NCBI RefSeq assembly: GCF_004010195.1
Contig: NC_057760.1
Span: forward strand, 174,871 to 205,971
DNA length: 31,101 bases
From: Chiloscyllium plagiosum
Taxonomy: Eukaryota
Reading direction: 5' to 3'
The position numbers and the translations under genes are program-made. Below, one piece after another: positions 1 to 11,089 of the stretch. Under the pieces are notes generated by a model, which saw only the letters and a program-made list of their open reading frames with translations, was not told the origin of the DNA and did no database searches. How positions within the stretch are numbered: the stretch's first letter is position 1; each line of letters begins with the position of its first letter.

Positions 1-920
1 TAAATCTACTATTCACATGCACCATATCTTTCCCTCCATTACCATCTCGAATATATTCAATGGCTGAAATTCTGTGGCAGAGATTTCCAAAGGTTCCCCC
101 ACACTTTCTGAGTGAAGACATTTCTCCTTATCTCAGCCCCATGGTGTGGGGACTGTGACCCCGATTCAAAATTCCCCCCACCGTCTGGGGGAAGTCATCA
201 AAAAGGACACGAGAGACAATGTTTTCACCCAGAGGATGGTGTGTGCGTGTGTGGAATGAGCAGCCAGAGGAGGTGGTGGGGTGTGGGTACAGTTACAACA
301 TTTAAAAGACTAGGAAAGGTTTCAAGGGGTATGGACAGGCAAGGTGGGACTAGTTTAGTTTGGGAAATCTGGCCAGCTCGGAGCAAAGGGCCCGTTTCCG
401 AGCTGTATGACTGTACCCTTTCTGTGTCTGTCCCATCACGTCTGGTAAGAATTCTAAAAACGTTGCAGAAATGCAACAGGCCTGAGGTGGAGAAAGCAGT
501 CCCATGTTTTGACTCCGATAATGACCCTTCCTCAGGACCGTTAAGGAATCCATTTTGAGATCTAATCTCGTTCCACTGATCCCCAGAGAGCAGGGATCCA
601 GTTGATCTGGTCTTTCCTAATAAGGCAATCTCTCAGTCTCAGGCATTAGTTGGGCCAACCTTTGTTGCACTAAACCAGACAATACTCCAGGCGTGTTCTC
701 ATCCTGTTTATATCTAAATGCAGTGAGACCGAGAAAAGAGCTCTGCATTCAAATACACTTCCACTCGGCGATGGGTGGGGGAGGCAAGGAGACAGTGGAG
801 AACGATTATTGGGATGTACTTCTACTACAGTGTGGCTTCCCCACCATGATAAAGTACGATGTGGGGAAGCAGACCAAAACGGGGAGTAGGCCAATTGGCA
901 TATCCACCACCATTAAGTCA

Positions 921-1128
921 GAGAATGGGGACGGGGGGACGGGACATAATCCCACGAGGAGTGGGGGACATGTCCCACGGGGAGTTGGGGGGATAATGGG
1001 GGACTCGCTCCAAAGGGGAGCGGGGGGAGATTGGGGGACTCGCTCCCACGGGGAGTCGGGGGAGAATAGGGGATCGCTCCCACAGGGAGTTGGAGGGAGA
1101 ATGGGAGAACGGGGGAGTTGCTTCCACA
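921..1128 (+). repeat. G-rich ~35-bp minisatellite (about 6 copies)
   Basis: Repeated unit GGGGGAGAATGGGGGACTCGCTCCCACGGGGAGT with variants; reverse complement of the array at 8557-9260. Confidence 0.85.
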
Positions 1129-1879
1129 GTTAGCAGAAATATATTACATGGGGGAGCAGGAGATAGATAGAAGGATTGGGTGAAGGGGAGGTAATGAAGA
1201 TGCCGTTGGGAGGAAGCTGGTGCACACAGAGGGTCCGAATGGCCTGTTTTGCGTGCTACGATCCCAGACGACCAGGGTTCACAATGCTGAGGCCGGATCT
1301 CCGTGCTGACCCCTGGCAAGCGAAGGGGACCCCAGCTGGTGGTTTTGCCTGGACACTGGCCAGTTCATACAATCGGCATTGTTCCTGCTTTACATCAGAA
1401 ATAAATAATTCCTTATCAAAGGAATTGCGCTGCACTGCCATTCTTCCTGCAGAATTCCCAAGGTAGGAGCTGTGCAGAGGAAAATGATTTCAAAACAGAG
1501 AAAAGAACATAACTACTGAAAAATATGGGAGTATCTGCAGAGAATAAAAGACAATAAATAATTCAATGGGAGTGAGTGAGTCACCGTTATTTAATTTCTC
1601 AGTCCTGGTGTTGCTAGGCCTACCTTTATCAGGGTCCTCGGGTCCTGGTAATAGAATCATAGTCAACAGGAGTAGGCCATTCTTCCCTTCGAACCCACTC
1701 TGCCCCTCAATACTATCATGGCTGATCATCCAAATCAGTCCCCTGTTCCTGCTTTCTGCCCGGTACCCTTTGAGATTATTCCAGAAAAACTAAGCTGTTG
1801 GATAAATGGGGGCTTCGGGGCAACATGACTGGTCTATGAATCCAAAAGCAAGCCTAGGCCAAGGTGAGACATGGCTCCA

Positions 1880-2206
1880 AATCCCATTTTCATCCCACTG
1901 AGTCCATAATGACCATTCAGAGAGCACCCCACTTGGACCCACCCCACTATCCCTGTCATCCTGCATTTCCCATGGCTAATCCACCCTAATCTGCACATCC
2001 CTGGACACTGTGGGACAATTTAGCATGGCCAATCCACCCTAACCTAAACATCCCTGGTCACTACGGGACAATTTAGCACGGCCAATCCACCCTAACCTGC
2101 ACATCCCTGGGCAGTATGGGTAATTTAGCATGGCCAATCCACCCTAACCTGCACATCCCTTGGCACGATGGGTAATTTAGCATGGCCAATCCACCCTAAC
2201 CTGTAC
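1880..2206 (-). mobile_element. HE1-type SINE 3' part with about 4.5 copies of the 53-bp internal unit (1971-2206), truncated by a CR1 insertion
   Basis: Unit CATGGCCAATCCACCCTAACCTGCACATCCCTGGGCACTATGGGACAATTTAG repeated, preceded by the same SINE tail as at 14285-14400. Confidence 0.8.
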
Positions 2207-3063
2207 ATAGAGTCACAGAATCATAGAGATGTACAGCACGGAAAACAGACCCTTCATTCCAACTTGTCCATGCCAACCAGATATCCTAAATTAATCTCGG
2301 CCCATTTGCCAGTACTTAGCCCATATCCCTCAAAACCCTTCCTATTTCATATATCTATCAGATGCCTTTTAAATATTGTAATTTAAAAGCCTCCACCACT
2401 TCCTCTGGCACTCATTCCATACACGTACCACCCTCTGCAAGAAAATGTCGCTCCTAAGGTCCCTTTAAATCTTTCCCCTCTTACCCTAAACCTATGCCCT
2501 GTAGTTCTAAGCTCCCCCACCCCAGGGAAGAGACCTTGTGTATTCACTCTCTCCATGCCCCTCATGATTTTATAAACCTTAAAAAGGTCACCTCTCAGCC
2601 TCCGACGCTCCAGGGAAAACAGCTCCAGCCTTTTCAGCCTCTCCCTACAGCTCAAACCCCCTGACCCTGGCAACATCTTTTCTGAACCCTTTCAACTTTC
2701 ACAACATCCTTCCTATAGCAAAATTGCACACAATATTCCAACAGTGGCCTAACCAATGTCCTGTACAGGCACAACATGTCCCCCTAACTCCTGTACTCAA
2801 TTCTCTGACCAATAAAGGAAAGCATACCAAACGCCTCCTTCACTATCCTATCTACCTGCGACTCCAGGAGCTATGAACTTGCACTCCAAGGTGTCTTTGT
2901 TCAGCCACACTCCCCAGGACCTAACCATTAAGAGTATAAGTCCTGCTAAGATTCGCCTTTCCAAAATACAGCACCTCGCATTTATCTAAATTAAACTTCA
3001 TCTGCCACTTCTTGGCCCATTGGCTCATCTGATCAAGATCTCGTTGTACTCTGAGGTAACGTA
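2207..3063 (-). mobile_element. CR1-clade (HER1-like) LINE 3' fragment
   Basis: Minus-strand ORF2 C-terminal remnants WQMKFNLDKCEVLYFG and LFSLERRRLRGDLFKVYKIMRG, ending in a short-repeat tail (AGAGTCACAGAATCATAGAG on +). Confidence 0.9.
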
Positions 3064-3156
3064 CTTTGCAGATGAATATAGGCTCCAGGATCTGGGGGGG
3101 GGGGGAACCCACTCACCTCCCTCCCACCCACCCCGAACACCTATATCCTCCCCACT

Positions 3157-4460
3157 TATAGAACATAGAACATTACAGCCCAGTACAGGCCCTTCTGCCC
3201 TCGATGTTGCGCCGCCCTGTCATACTAATCTGAAGCCCATCCCACCTACGCTATTCCATGTAAGTCCATTTACCTGTCCAATGACGACTTAAATGCACTT
3301 AAACTTGGTTAATCTACTACCATTGCAGGCAAAGCATTCCATACTCTTACTACTCTCTGAGTAAAGAAACTACCGCTGACATCTGTCTTATACTTATCTC
3401 CCCTCACTTTAAAGTTGTGTCCCCTCGTGTTTGCCGTCCCCATACTTGGAAAAAGGCTCTCCCTGTCCACCCTATCTAACCCTCTGATTATCTTGTACGT
3501 CTCTATTAAGTTACCTCTCAACCTTCTTCTCTCTAACGAGAACAGCCTCAAGGCCCTCAGCCTTTCCTCGTAAGACATTCCTTCCATACCAGGCAACATC
3601 CTAGTAAATTTTCTCTGCACCCTTTCCAAAGCTTCCACATCCTTCCTCTCATGCAGTGATCAGAACGTTACACAATACTCCAAGTGTGGCCATACCAGAG
3701 CTTTGTACAGCTGCAGCATAACCTCCTGGTTCCGGAACTCAATTCTTCTATTAATAAAGGCCAAAACACTGTATGCCTTCTTAACAACCCTGTCAATCTG
3801 GGTGGCAACTTTCAGAGATCTGTGTACATGGACACCATGATCTCTCTGCTCATCTGCACTCCCAAGAATCTTACCATTAGCCCAGTACTTTGCATTCCGA
3901 TTACTCCGTCCTCACACTTGTCCACATTAAACTCCATTTGCCACCTCTCAGCCCAGCTCTGCATCCTATCTATGTCTCTCTGCAACCTACTACATCCTTC
4001 GTCACTATCCACATCTCCACCGACCTTAGAGTCATCCGCAAATATACTAACCCACCTTTCTAAGCCCTCATCCAGGTCATTTATAAAAATGACGAGCAGT
4101 GGACCCAACACCGACCCTTGCGGTATGCCGCAAGTAACTGGACACCAAGATGAAAACTCAATAAGATTCTTTAGGCATGACCTACCCTTCACAAAACCGT
4201 GCTGACTGTCCCTGATCAGATTATTCTTTTCTAGATGGTTATAAATCCTATCACTGGTCTGTAATTACCAGGGTTGTCTCTACTACCGTTTTTGAACAAG
4301 GGAACCACATTTGCTATCCTCCAGTCCTCAGGCACTATTCCTGTAGACAATGATGATTTGAAGATCAATGCCAAAGGCTCGGCAATCTCTTCCCTTGCTT
4401 CCCAGAGGATCCTAGGATAGATCCCATCCAGCCCAGGGGACTTGTCTATTTTCACACTCC
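3157..4460 (-). mobile_element. CR1-clade LINE fragment with internal deletions (RT domain remnants)
   Basis: [51 protein letters not shown]; (TTCTA) tail at the 3157 end. Confidence 0.92.
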
Positions 4461-4729
4461 TTCAATGGTGGTCTTATCTTTTGCATCCAGTACAGAGGGC
4501 AGATAGGGCCTTGTGATTAGCACTTCCCCCTCATGACACTCCACCCCATGCCCCCACCCCCCACCCAGAGCTGCAATGCATGCGCCGGTCTCAATTTTCC
4601 CAGAATGAGCCTGTGAGTCTCTGGCGCATCAGCCAAGTTGTTGCCATGGTGGATCGAGTGCCTTATATATAAATGCAAATCTCTTCTTTACAGTATACTG
4701 CTCCCTGAGTGCTTGTTTGCACCTCCCAC

Positions 4730-5225
4730 AACCATTCTGGTGCCCTGATCTAAGGAAAGATGGACTGAGCATCAGAGGCAGTCCAGAGGAGGTTCACCCA
4801 GCTGATCCTGGGGACGGTGAGGTTGAGTAGGTTTGGGGCCTGTACTGATTGGGATTTAGAAGAATGAGAGGCAACCTTAGAGAAACAGACAAGAATTTTT
4901 GGGGGAGACGTGGAGAGGTTGTTTCCCCTTGTGTGGGAGAGTCTGAGAGCAGAGGGGCATCGTCTCAGTGTAAGGGTGGCCCGCTGAAGAGAGTGATGAG
5001 GAGAGAATGGCTTCTCCCTGAGGGGAGTGTGTGTGTGTGGAAATCTCTACCACAGGGAGTCTGAGTCACTGAGTATATTCAAGGCTGAGAATTTTCATCA
5101 GGAAGGGGACCGAAGGTTATGGGGTGAAAGTGGGAGTTGAGGGTGATCAGATTGGCCGTGATCTCAATAAATGGCGGAGGAGACCTGATGGGCTGAATGA
5201 CCTCGCTCTGCTCCTATCTCCTAGG
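4730..5225 (+). mobile_element. Degenerate CR1 LINE 3' fragment
   Basis: FRRMRGNLRETDK remnant and CR1-type 3' UTR (GATGGGCTGAATGACCT...CTGCTCCTAT). Confidence 0.75.
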
Positions 5226-5329
5226 TTCTAAGAGCGAAGCCGGTTCTGTAAGGTTGACGTTTGATTTTAGTGCATTGCCTGAACCACTGACTATGAGTGA
5301 ATTCCACCCCCCCCACCCCTTCAATTCCT

Positions 5330-5354
5330 GCTCTCCTAGCTTCCTGTTTTTCAG
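5330..5354 (+). promoter_or_regulatory. Splice acceptor of the MLLT11 coding exon
   Basis: Pyrimidine tract CTCTCCTAGCTTCCTGTTTTTCAG ending at 5354, 7 nt before ATG 5362 (context GCAAAGATGC, A at -3). Confidence 0.75.
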
Positions 5355-5361
5355 TGCAAAG

Positions 5362-5610
5362 ATGCTGGACGTCCTGAACAGCCAGTTTGACTCCTTTCTC
5401 TTCTGGAGGACCCCCATCCCTGTGGTGGACATCTCCGAGATCGAGGTGCTGGGGCTCGACGTGCCTGAGTCTGGCGCCGGGGGCCAGAGTACGCCTCGCA
5501 GCTCACGGGACATGGAGGAGCAAGACGGAACACTGGCCCAGTACAACACCTTCAACTTTTGGAGGGAACCCATCGCTAGTTTCAGTGGCCTCGACCTGGA
5601 ACAGCTCTGA
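5362..5610 (+). CDS. MLLT11: Protein AF1q (MLLT11), 82 aa, whole CDS in one exon
   Basis: MLDVLNSQFDSFLFWRTPIPVVDISEIEVLGL...AQYNTFNFWREPIASFSGLDLEQL matches from memory human AF1q (SSQYSSFLFWRMPIPELDLSELEGLGL...EYSTFNFWRAPIAS...DLL) in both motifs and length. The ORF-track start at 5197 lies upstream of the acceptor, so 5362 is the likely start. Confidence 0.93.
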   Translation: MLDVLNSQFDSFLFWRTPIPVVDISEIEVLGLDVPESGAGGQSTPRSSRDMEEQDGTLAQYNTFNFWREPIASFSGLDLEQL

Positions 5611-5905
5611 GTCAGCGCTCCGACGAATGCCGCCGTGAATGAGTTGTTAATGTATTGTTTCCCAGAATCCATAAAGTTTTACCGTGAACATGTGAAAGAA
5701 TCGCTTGCTTTACTGCCAACGCATCCCTGTCACCTTCAATCGCCCCTTCAAAACACACTGCGTGTAACGTCCTCCACTGCTCAGTTGTTCAGCTTCCTGT
5801 CAGGACGAAGCAGAGCAGGAGGAGGCCATTTGGCCCTCTGTCCGTACGCTGGCTCTTTTCCGGGACTGTCCCATCATTTCCGTTGCACCTGCCCAATGCC
5901 AGGGG

Positions 5906-6512
5906 GCGGCCCAGCAGCTCAATAGTTAGCACTCCCGCCTCACAGCGCCAGGGTCCTGGGTTCGATTCCACCCTCGGGCGACTGTCTTTGTGGAGTTTCC
6001 ACATTCTCCATACCCCAGGTTTCCCCCAGGTGGTCCGGTTTCCTCCCATAGTCCAAAGATGTGCAGGTTAGGGTGGATTGGCCATGCTAAATTGTCCCAT
6101 AGTGACCAGGGATGTGTAGGTTAGGGTGGATTGGCCATGCTAAATTGTCCCATTGTGCCCTAGGGATGTGCAGGTTGAGGTGGATTGGCCATGCTAAATT
6201 GTTCCATAGTGCCCAGGGATGTGCAGGTTAGGGTGGATTGGCCATGCTAAATTGTCCCATAGTGCCCTAGGGATGTGCAGGTTGAGGTGGATTGGCCATG
6301 CTAAACTGTCCCGTAGTGACCAGGGATGTGCAGGTTGAGGTGGATTGGCCATGGGAAATTGCCTGAAGTGTGCAGATTAGTTGGATTGGTCCTGGGAAAG
6401 GCACAGTTATGGGATAGGGGATGAGGGTCTGGCTGGGATCCTCTTTGGAGGGTTGGTGTGGAATCGATGGGCCGAAAGGCTGAATTTCCCCACTGTGGGG
6501 ATTCTATGATTC
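5906..6512 (+). mobile_element. Full-length HE1-type tRNA-derived SINE with about 5.5 copies of the 53-bp unit (6058-6352), in the putative MLLT11 3' UTR
   Basis: A-box-like CAGCTCAATAGTTAGC, B box GGTTCGATTCC, SINE body, tandem units, tail GGGATTCTATGATTCTA. Confidence 0.88.
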
Positions 6513-6944
6513 TAAGCACTGCATCGTGAACCCATTGCTAAAATAGGGATCCATTTCCCCTCCCTCCATCATCAGATTGGCAACATTGTCTGTCGATAGT
6601 CTCTGAAAGGCAGAGGAACAGGACAAAATCATTCGATTATGATGGATCCACTTTCAAATTCCCATCAATATGGTCCGCTCTCCCAACTGCCCCTTAATCT
6701 CCCCTTAAACTGCCCCTTAATAAAGATCTATCCATCTTCCATGCATCTCAGTTCTGATACTTTCAACTGACCCACGCTCCTCCCTCCGCCACCCTTTATG
6801 TGGGTGGGGTTGGTGAAAAGGGATAGTTTTGCCCTGAATGGCTTGGTTCGAATTTTCATGGTTTTGGACTGCCCCCCCCCCCCACTCTCCTACACCTTGC
6901 GAGGGCATAGTTGCTTTCCATCGATCTTATCGAATCCTTTAACA

Positions 6945-7141
6945 CACAGGATTCAAATCCCACCACGTCAGTCTGTTAAGTTTGAGTTCGATAAAGATCT
7001 AGAGTTAAAAAGAAAATCAACTAATCTAACTGGTCAGGCTCACTAATATCCTTCAGGGAAGGTAATCTGTCATTCTTACCTGGTCTGTCCCAGGTGACTC
7101 CAGATCCACAGCAATGGACTTGACTTTTTAACTGCCCTTAG
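6945..7141 (+). mobile_element. Degenerate SINE of a second family (related copy at 12750-13190)
   Basis: B-box-like GGATTCAAATCCCACC and body (CTTACCTGGTCTG...GTGACTCCAGATCCACAGCAATG) shared with 12930-12985. Confidence 0.6.
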
Positions 7142-7154
7142 GTTTTGGCACATC

Positions 7155-7278
7155 CATGAGGGGCTTATGCCCAAAACATCGACTCTCCTGCTCCTCAGAT
7201 GCTGCCTGACTGGCTGTACTTTTCCAGCGCCACTCTGGACTCTGATTCTCCAGCATCTGCAGTCCTCACTTTCCCCTA
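7155..7278 (+). mobile_element. Penelope-like 3' terminal remnant with decayed hammerhead
   Basis: ATGAGGGGCTTATGCCCAAAACATCGA...GATGCTGCCTGAC...CCAGCATCTGCAGTC aligns to 21660-21787. Confidence 0.8.
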
Positions 7279-7963
7279 CATCCAGCACACAATTTCTTTT
7301 CAAAAAATCTCATCGAGATCACCCCCTCAGTACAACATTTAAAAATGCATCTGGATGAGGACATGAATAGGAAGGGTTTAGAGGGATACGGGCCAAATGC
7401 TGACAAATGGGGCCAGATTAATTGAGGATATCTGGTCGGCGCGGAGGAGTTGGTGTTTCCTTGCTGTATGACTCTGTGCGCTGAAACTGAAAATAAAGCT
7501 CTCCCGACACTGTCCCCATCGGTTTGGCAAACCTGGCCAGCATGGACGAGTGGGGCCGAAGGGCCTGTTTCCGTGCTGAGTGACTCTCAATGGAGAAGTT
7601 GGGGGAACATCTGTGACAAGATGGCCTTTTAGATGGAAAAGGGCGCTCTGTCGGCCTTGGCATCATCACCCTGTTGTGTTGGTTGGTAAACGTTTTTTGC
7701 TTCAAAAACACTGGGATCGGGAAATTGAGGGGGTGGCGGGGGTGGGGCTGGGTGCCCTGTGTCGCAACAGAACTTAGATGACTAACTTTCCCCCTCCCAG
7801 TTGAGACGCAAAGCAGATGCACAATTGCAATGCTCTCCGCCCCACAATCTCTGTTCTTAATTTATCACACTCAGCCGCATGGTATGTTCACCAGAAAACT
7901 GACAAAAGGGGGCCACATCTCCTTGAAGAGACGGGCCTCATTGAGGAACAAGCTTGGGAACAG

Positions 7964-8018
7964 AATAAAGTCACATTTAGCATGTCAAAAATAATCGTTT
8001 GCGGGTCTTGTTCGTGTG
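7964..8018 (+). terminator. Candidate MLLT11 polyadenylation site
   Basis: AATAAA at 7964-7969 in unique sequence, CA dinucleotides ending at 7982 and 7987, then a GT-rich element GTTTGCGGGTCTTGTTCGTGTG. Confidence 0.55.
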
Positions 8019-8556
8019 AATTATTCACTTGACATTTTTGGTGCCTTAAATGTATATATTGAATGCGTTTTCTTAATGAATTTGACTTATAAGGCAACTG
8101 AGGGACACTGGGTTCTGTTATCCCAGAGAGGACCTAGTGACTAGTACCCAGGGGTTGATGGGACAGAGCGAGAGTTCAAGAGTGAACATGGGGTGGCCAC
8201 CCAAAAGCCAAAGTGAAGGAATAAATGAAGGGAGAGGTAGCAGCAGATCAGTCAATGCTAACATTGGTTTGCAAATGTTACCGGATGCAGAGTTTGGGAA
8301 ACATCAGCGTAGCCCTACTTTCAGAGCACTGGCTTATTTGTAGGGTTCTGGCTACTCAAAGGTTTGGTACAGGGAACAGAAACCGGCCACTCAGCCCATC
8401 TGTTCATGCTGCTATCTTCTGCTCCACCTCAGCCTCCTCCCACCGTCACCTCGGCATCTCCCTATCCTATTCCTCACTACTTTGTATGTTTATCTAGCTT
8501 CCACCCTTCAATTTATTACTACTCTTCACCTTCATTGTATTGCTACTGCTCACCTT

Positions 8557-9260
8557 GAATTCTCCCCATGGGAGTGAGTCCCCCATTCTCACCCCACTCC
8601 CTGTAGGAGCGAGTATCCCATTCTCCCCCCTCACACTCCCCATTGGACCAGATCCCCCATTCGACCCCCTCTCCCTGTGGGAGTGAGACCCCCATTCACC
8701 CCACTCCGCACAGGAGCCAGTCCCCCATTCTCCAGCCCACTGCCTGTGGGAGCAAGTCCCCCATTCTCCCCACTCCCCGTGGGATCGAGTCCCCCATTCT
8801 CTGGGAGCAAGTCCCCTATTCTCCCCCCACTCCCTGTGGGAGTGAGTCCCCCATTCTCCCCCCCACTCCCCGTGGGATCGGGTCCCCCATTCTCTCCCAA
8901 CTCCCCATGGGAGCAAGTCCCACATTCTCCCGCCAACTCCCCGTGGGAGCGGGTGCCCCATTCTCCCCCCACGCCCCATGGGAGTGAGACCCCATTCTCC
9001 CTCAATCCCCGTGGGAGCGAGTTCCCCCATTCTCCCCCCATTCCCCATGGGAGCGAGTCCCCCATTCACCCCCCACTCCCCGTGGGAGCGAGTCACCCAT
9101 TCTCCCCCCACTCCCCGTGGGAGTGAGTCTGCCATTCTCCCCCCACTCTCCGTGGGAGCGAGTCCCCCATTCTCCCCCAACTCCGCACGGCAGTGAGTCC
9201 CCCATTCTCCCCCTCCTCCCTGTTGCAGCAAATCCCACATTTTCCCCACTCCGTGGGTGA
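8557..9260 (-). repeat. C-rich (+ strand) ~35-bp minisatellite, about 19-20 copies
   Basis: Unit CCCCCATTCTCCCCCCACTCCCCGTGGGAGCGAGT with variants; explains the G/E/W- and P-rich pseudo-ORFs. Confidence 0.92.
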
Positions 9261-9511
9261 AGATGTTTCTCCTGAATTCCTGCCTGGATTTATTACCAAC
9301 CGTCTTATATTAATGGGCATCCCTCCCCATCGAGTTTTGACCTTTCCCACAAGTGGAAATGCTCTCACTCTGTCCTACCACCACCTTACCATCCTGTTAA
9401 GTACCATTATCTGATCGTTATATACCTCGGGTACATGGACCTTCGTGAGACTCAGGTCTGCTGACCACAATTTCAAAGGTCTGAAGCCTTCTGGGACACT
9501 AGAGGAACACC

Positions 9512-9620
9512 AGTTCTGAAGAAAGATCTTTGGACCTGAAACATTAACTCCGCTTTCTCTCTCCACAGATGCTGCCAGATCTGCTGAGTTTCTCCAGAAA
9601 ATTTCTGTTGTTGTTTTTCC
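9512..9620 (+). mobile_element. Penelope-like remnant (another family) with hammerhead-like motif
   Basis: AGTT-CTGAAGA-AAGATCTTTGGACCT-GAAA-CATT-AACT followed by CTCCACAGATGCTGCCAGATCTGCTGAG; related copy at 28268-28404. Confidence 0.7.
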
Positions 9621-9814
9621 ACCCCACCTGCTGTTGGACGACGGGGTGGAATTGCTGGATTATTTCTCCCTTCACCCGTCTCCCTCACACACGTGTCTTT
9701 TGCCAGGACATGGTTCCACAGGGAGCAGACTCTCACCTGTACAATGTCAAGGACCCAGTCCACAGAGGGGAGACACACCCTGCTTTCTGAAAGAGTCGAT
9801 TTTATTTTATTTTT

Positions 9815-10160
9815 AGAGTCATAGAGGTGCACAGCACGGAAACAGACCCTGTGGTCCAACTCGTTCACGCCGACCTGATATCCTCGATAAATTATAGAAC
9901 GTAGAATATTACAGCGCAGTACAGGCCCTTCTGCCCTCGATGTTACGCCGCCCTGTCATACTAATCTGAAGCCCATCCCACCTACACTATTCCATGTACG
10001 TCCATATGCCTGTCCAATGACGACTTAAATGCACTTAAACTTGGCGAATTTACTACCGTTGCAGGCAAAGCATTCCATACCCTTACTGCTCTCTGAGTAA
10101 AGAATCTAGTTCCATTTGCCAGTATTTGGCCCATATTCCTCTTAAGCCTTCCCGTTCGTA
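9815..10160 (-). mobile_element. Nested CR1 3' ends (9894-10104 inserted into another CR1 tail)
   Basis: 9894-10104 is near-identical to 3157-3370; flanks 9815-9893 and 10105-10160 join into the tail seen at 2207-2350. Confidence 0.82.
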
Positions 10161-10261
10161 TATTGTCGCATGTATTGGGATATTGTTTTGCGTATTATCC
10201 AGACAAATCCTACCTTACATATGTACGTGTGGTTCTGTTCGCCAAGCTGGGAATTTGTGTT

Positions 10262-10301
10262 GCAGACGTTTCGTCCCCTGTCTAGGTGACATCCTCAGTG
10301 C
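10262..10301 (-). ncRNA. Minimal type I hammerhead ribozyme motif, core intact
   Basis: Minus strand GCA-CTGAGGA-T-GTCACCT-AGAC-AGGGGAC-GAAA-CGTC-TGC: CUGANGA and GAAA cores, stem II, palindromic ACGU, GUC site, 3-bp stem I. Confidence 0.75.
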
Positions 10302-10658
10302 TTGGGAGCCTCCTGTGAAGCGCTTCTGTGATGTTTCCTCCGGCATTTATAGTGATTTGTATCTGCCGCTTCCAGTTGTCAGTTCCAGCTGTCCACTGCA
10401 GTGGCCGGTATATTGGGTCCAGGTCGATGTGCTTGTTGATTGATCAGTGAATGAGTGCCATGCCTCTAGGAATTCCCTGGCTGTTCTCTGTTTGGCTTGT
10501 CCGATAATAGCAATTTCATCAACAGATGCCTAAGGGAAAGACAACGGAATGAGGACATGCCACGACCCAAAGGACTAGCCACACTATCATACATCAAAAA
10601 CATTTCTGAACTGACAGCCAGACTACTGCGACCACTAGGACTCATAACAGCACACAAA

Positions 10659-10912
10659 NNNNNNNNNNNNNNNNNNNNNNNNNNNNNNNNNNNNNNNNNN
10701 NNNNNNNNNNNNNNNNNNNNNNNNNNNNNNNNNNNNNNNNNNNNNNNNNNNNNNNNNNNNNNNNNNNNNNNNNNNNNNNNNNNNNNNNNNNNNNNNNNNN
10801 NNNNNNNNNNNNNNNNNNNNNNNNNNNNNNNNNNNNNNNNNNNNNNNNNNNNNNNNNNNNNNNNNNNNNNNNNNNNNNNNNNNNNNNNNNNNNNNNNNNN
10901 NNNNNNNNNNNN
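10659..10912. other. Assembly gap
   Basis: Run of N. Confidence 1.
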
Positions 10913-11089
10913 AAATGCCGGAGGAAACATCACAGAAGCGCTACACAGGAGGCTCCCAAGCACTGAGGGTGTCACCTAGACAGGGGACGAAACGTCTGCA
11001 ACATAAATTCCCAGCTCGGCGAACAGAACCACAACAACGAGCACCCGAGCTACAAATCTTCTCCCAAACTTTGAATTCCATATGTACAT

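Larger units (their letters stand above)
10228..11073. mobile_element. Penelope-like (Poseidon-type) element with inverted 5' segment; spans an assembly gap
   Basis: 10228-10510 on minus encodes the endonuclease C-terminus (IIGQAKQRTAREFLEAWHS, SINKHIDLDPIYRPL); 10511-10658 on plus encodes ATLSYIKNISELTARLLRPLGLITAHK; 10228-10348 and 10913-11031 are inverted copies. Confidence 0.85.

Noticed and set aside
1441..1468. Upstream MLLT11 exon with donor AAG|GTAGGA at 1463
   Set aside because: Donor is mediocre and no promoter or exon context supports it; needs transcript data.
4662..4685. TATA box TATATATAAA upstream of MLLT11
   Set aside because: Context TATATAAATGCAA resembles a common SINE/L2 tail, and it sits upstream of an acceptor, so probably intronic.
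5197..5361. 55-aa N-terminal extension of MLLT11
   Set aside because: Start codon lies in a CR1 tail upstream of a good splice acceptor; no similarity to AF1q.
5214..5672. 152-aa antisense ORF
   Set aside because: Shadow of the GC-rich MLLT11 CDS; no recognisable domain.
7073..7086. U1 snRNA-like CTTACCTGG or minus-strand donor
   Set aside because: Only 9 nt match, within a SINE body; no U1 stem-loops or Sm site follow.
8494..9249. 251-aa and overlapping G/E/W- or P-rich ORFs
   Set aside because: Translations of the 35-bp minisatellite; open in several frames on both strands.
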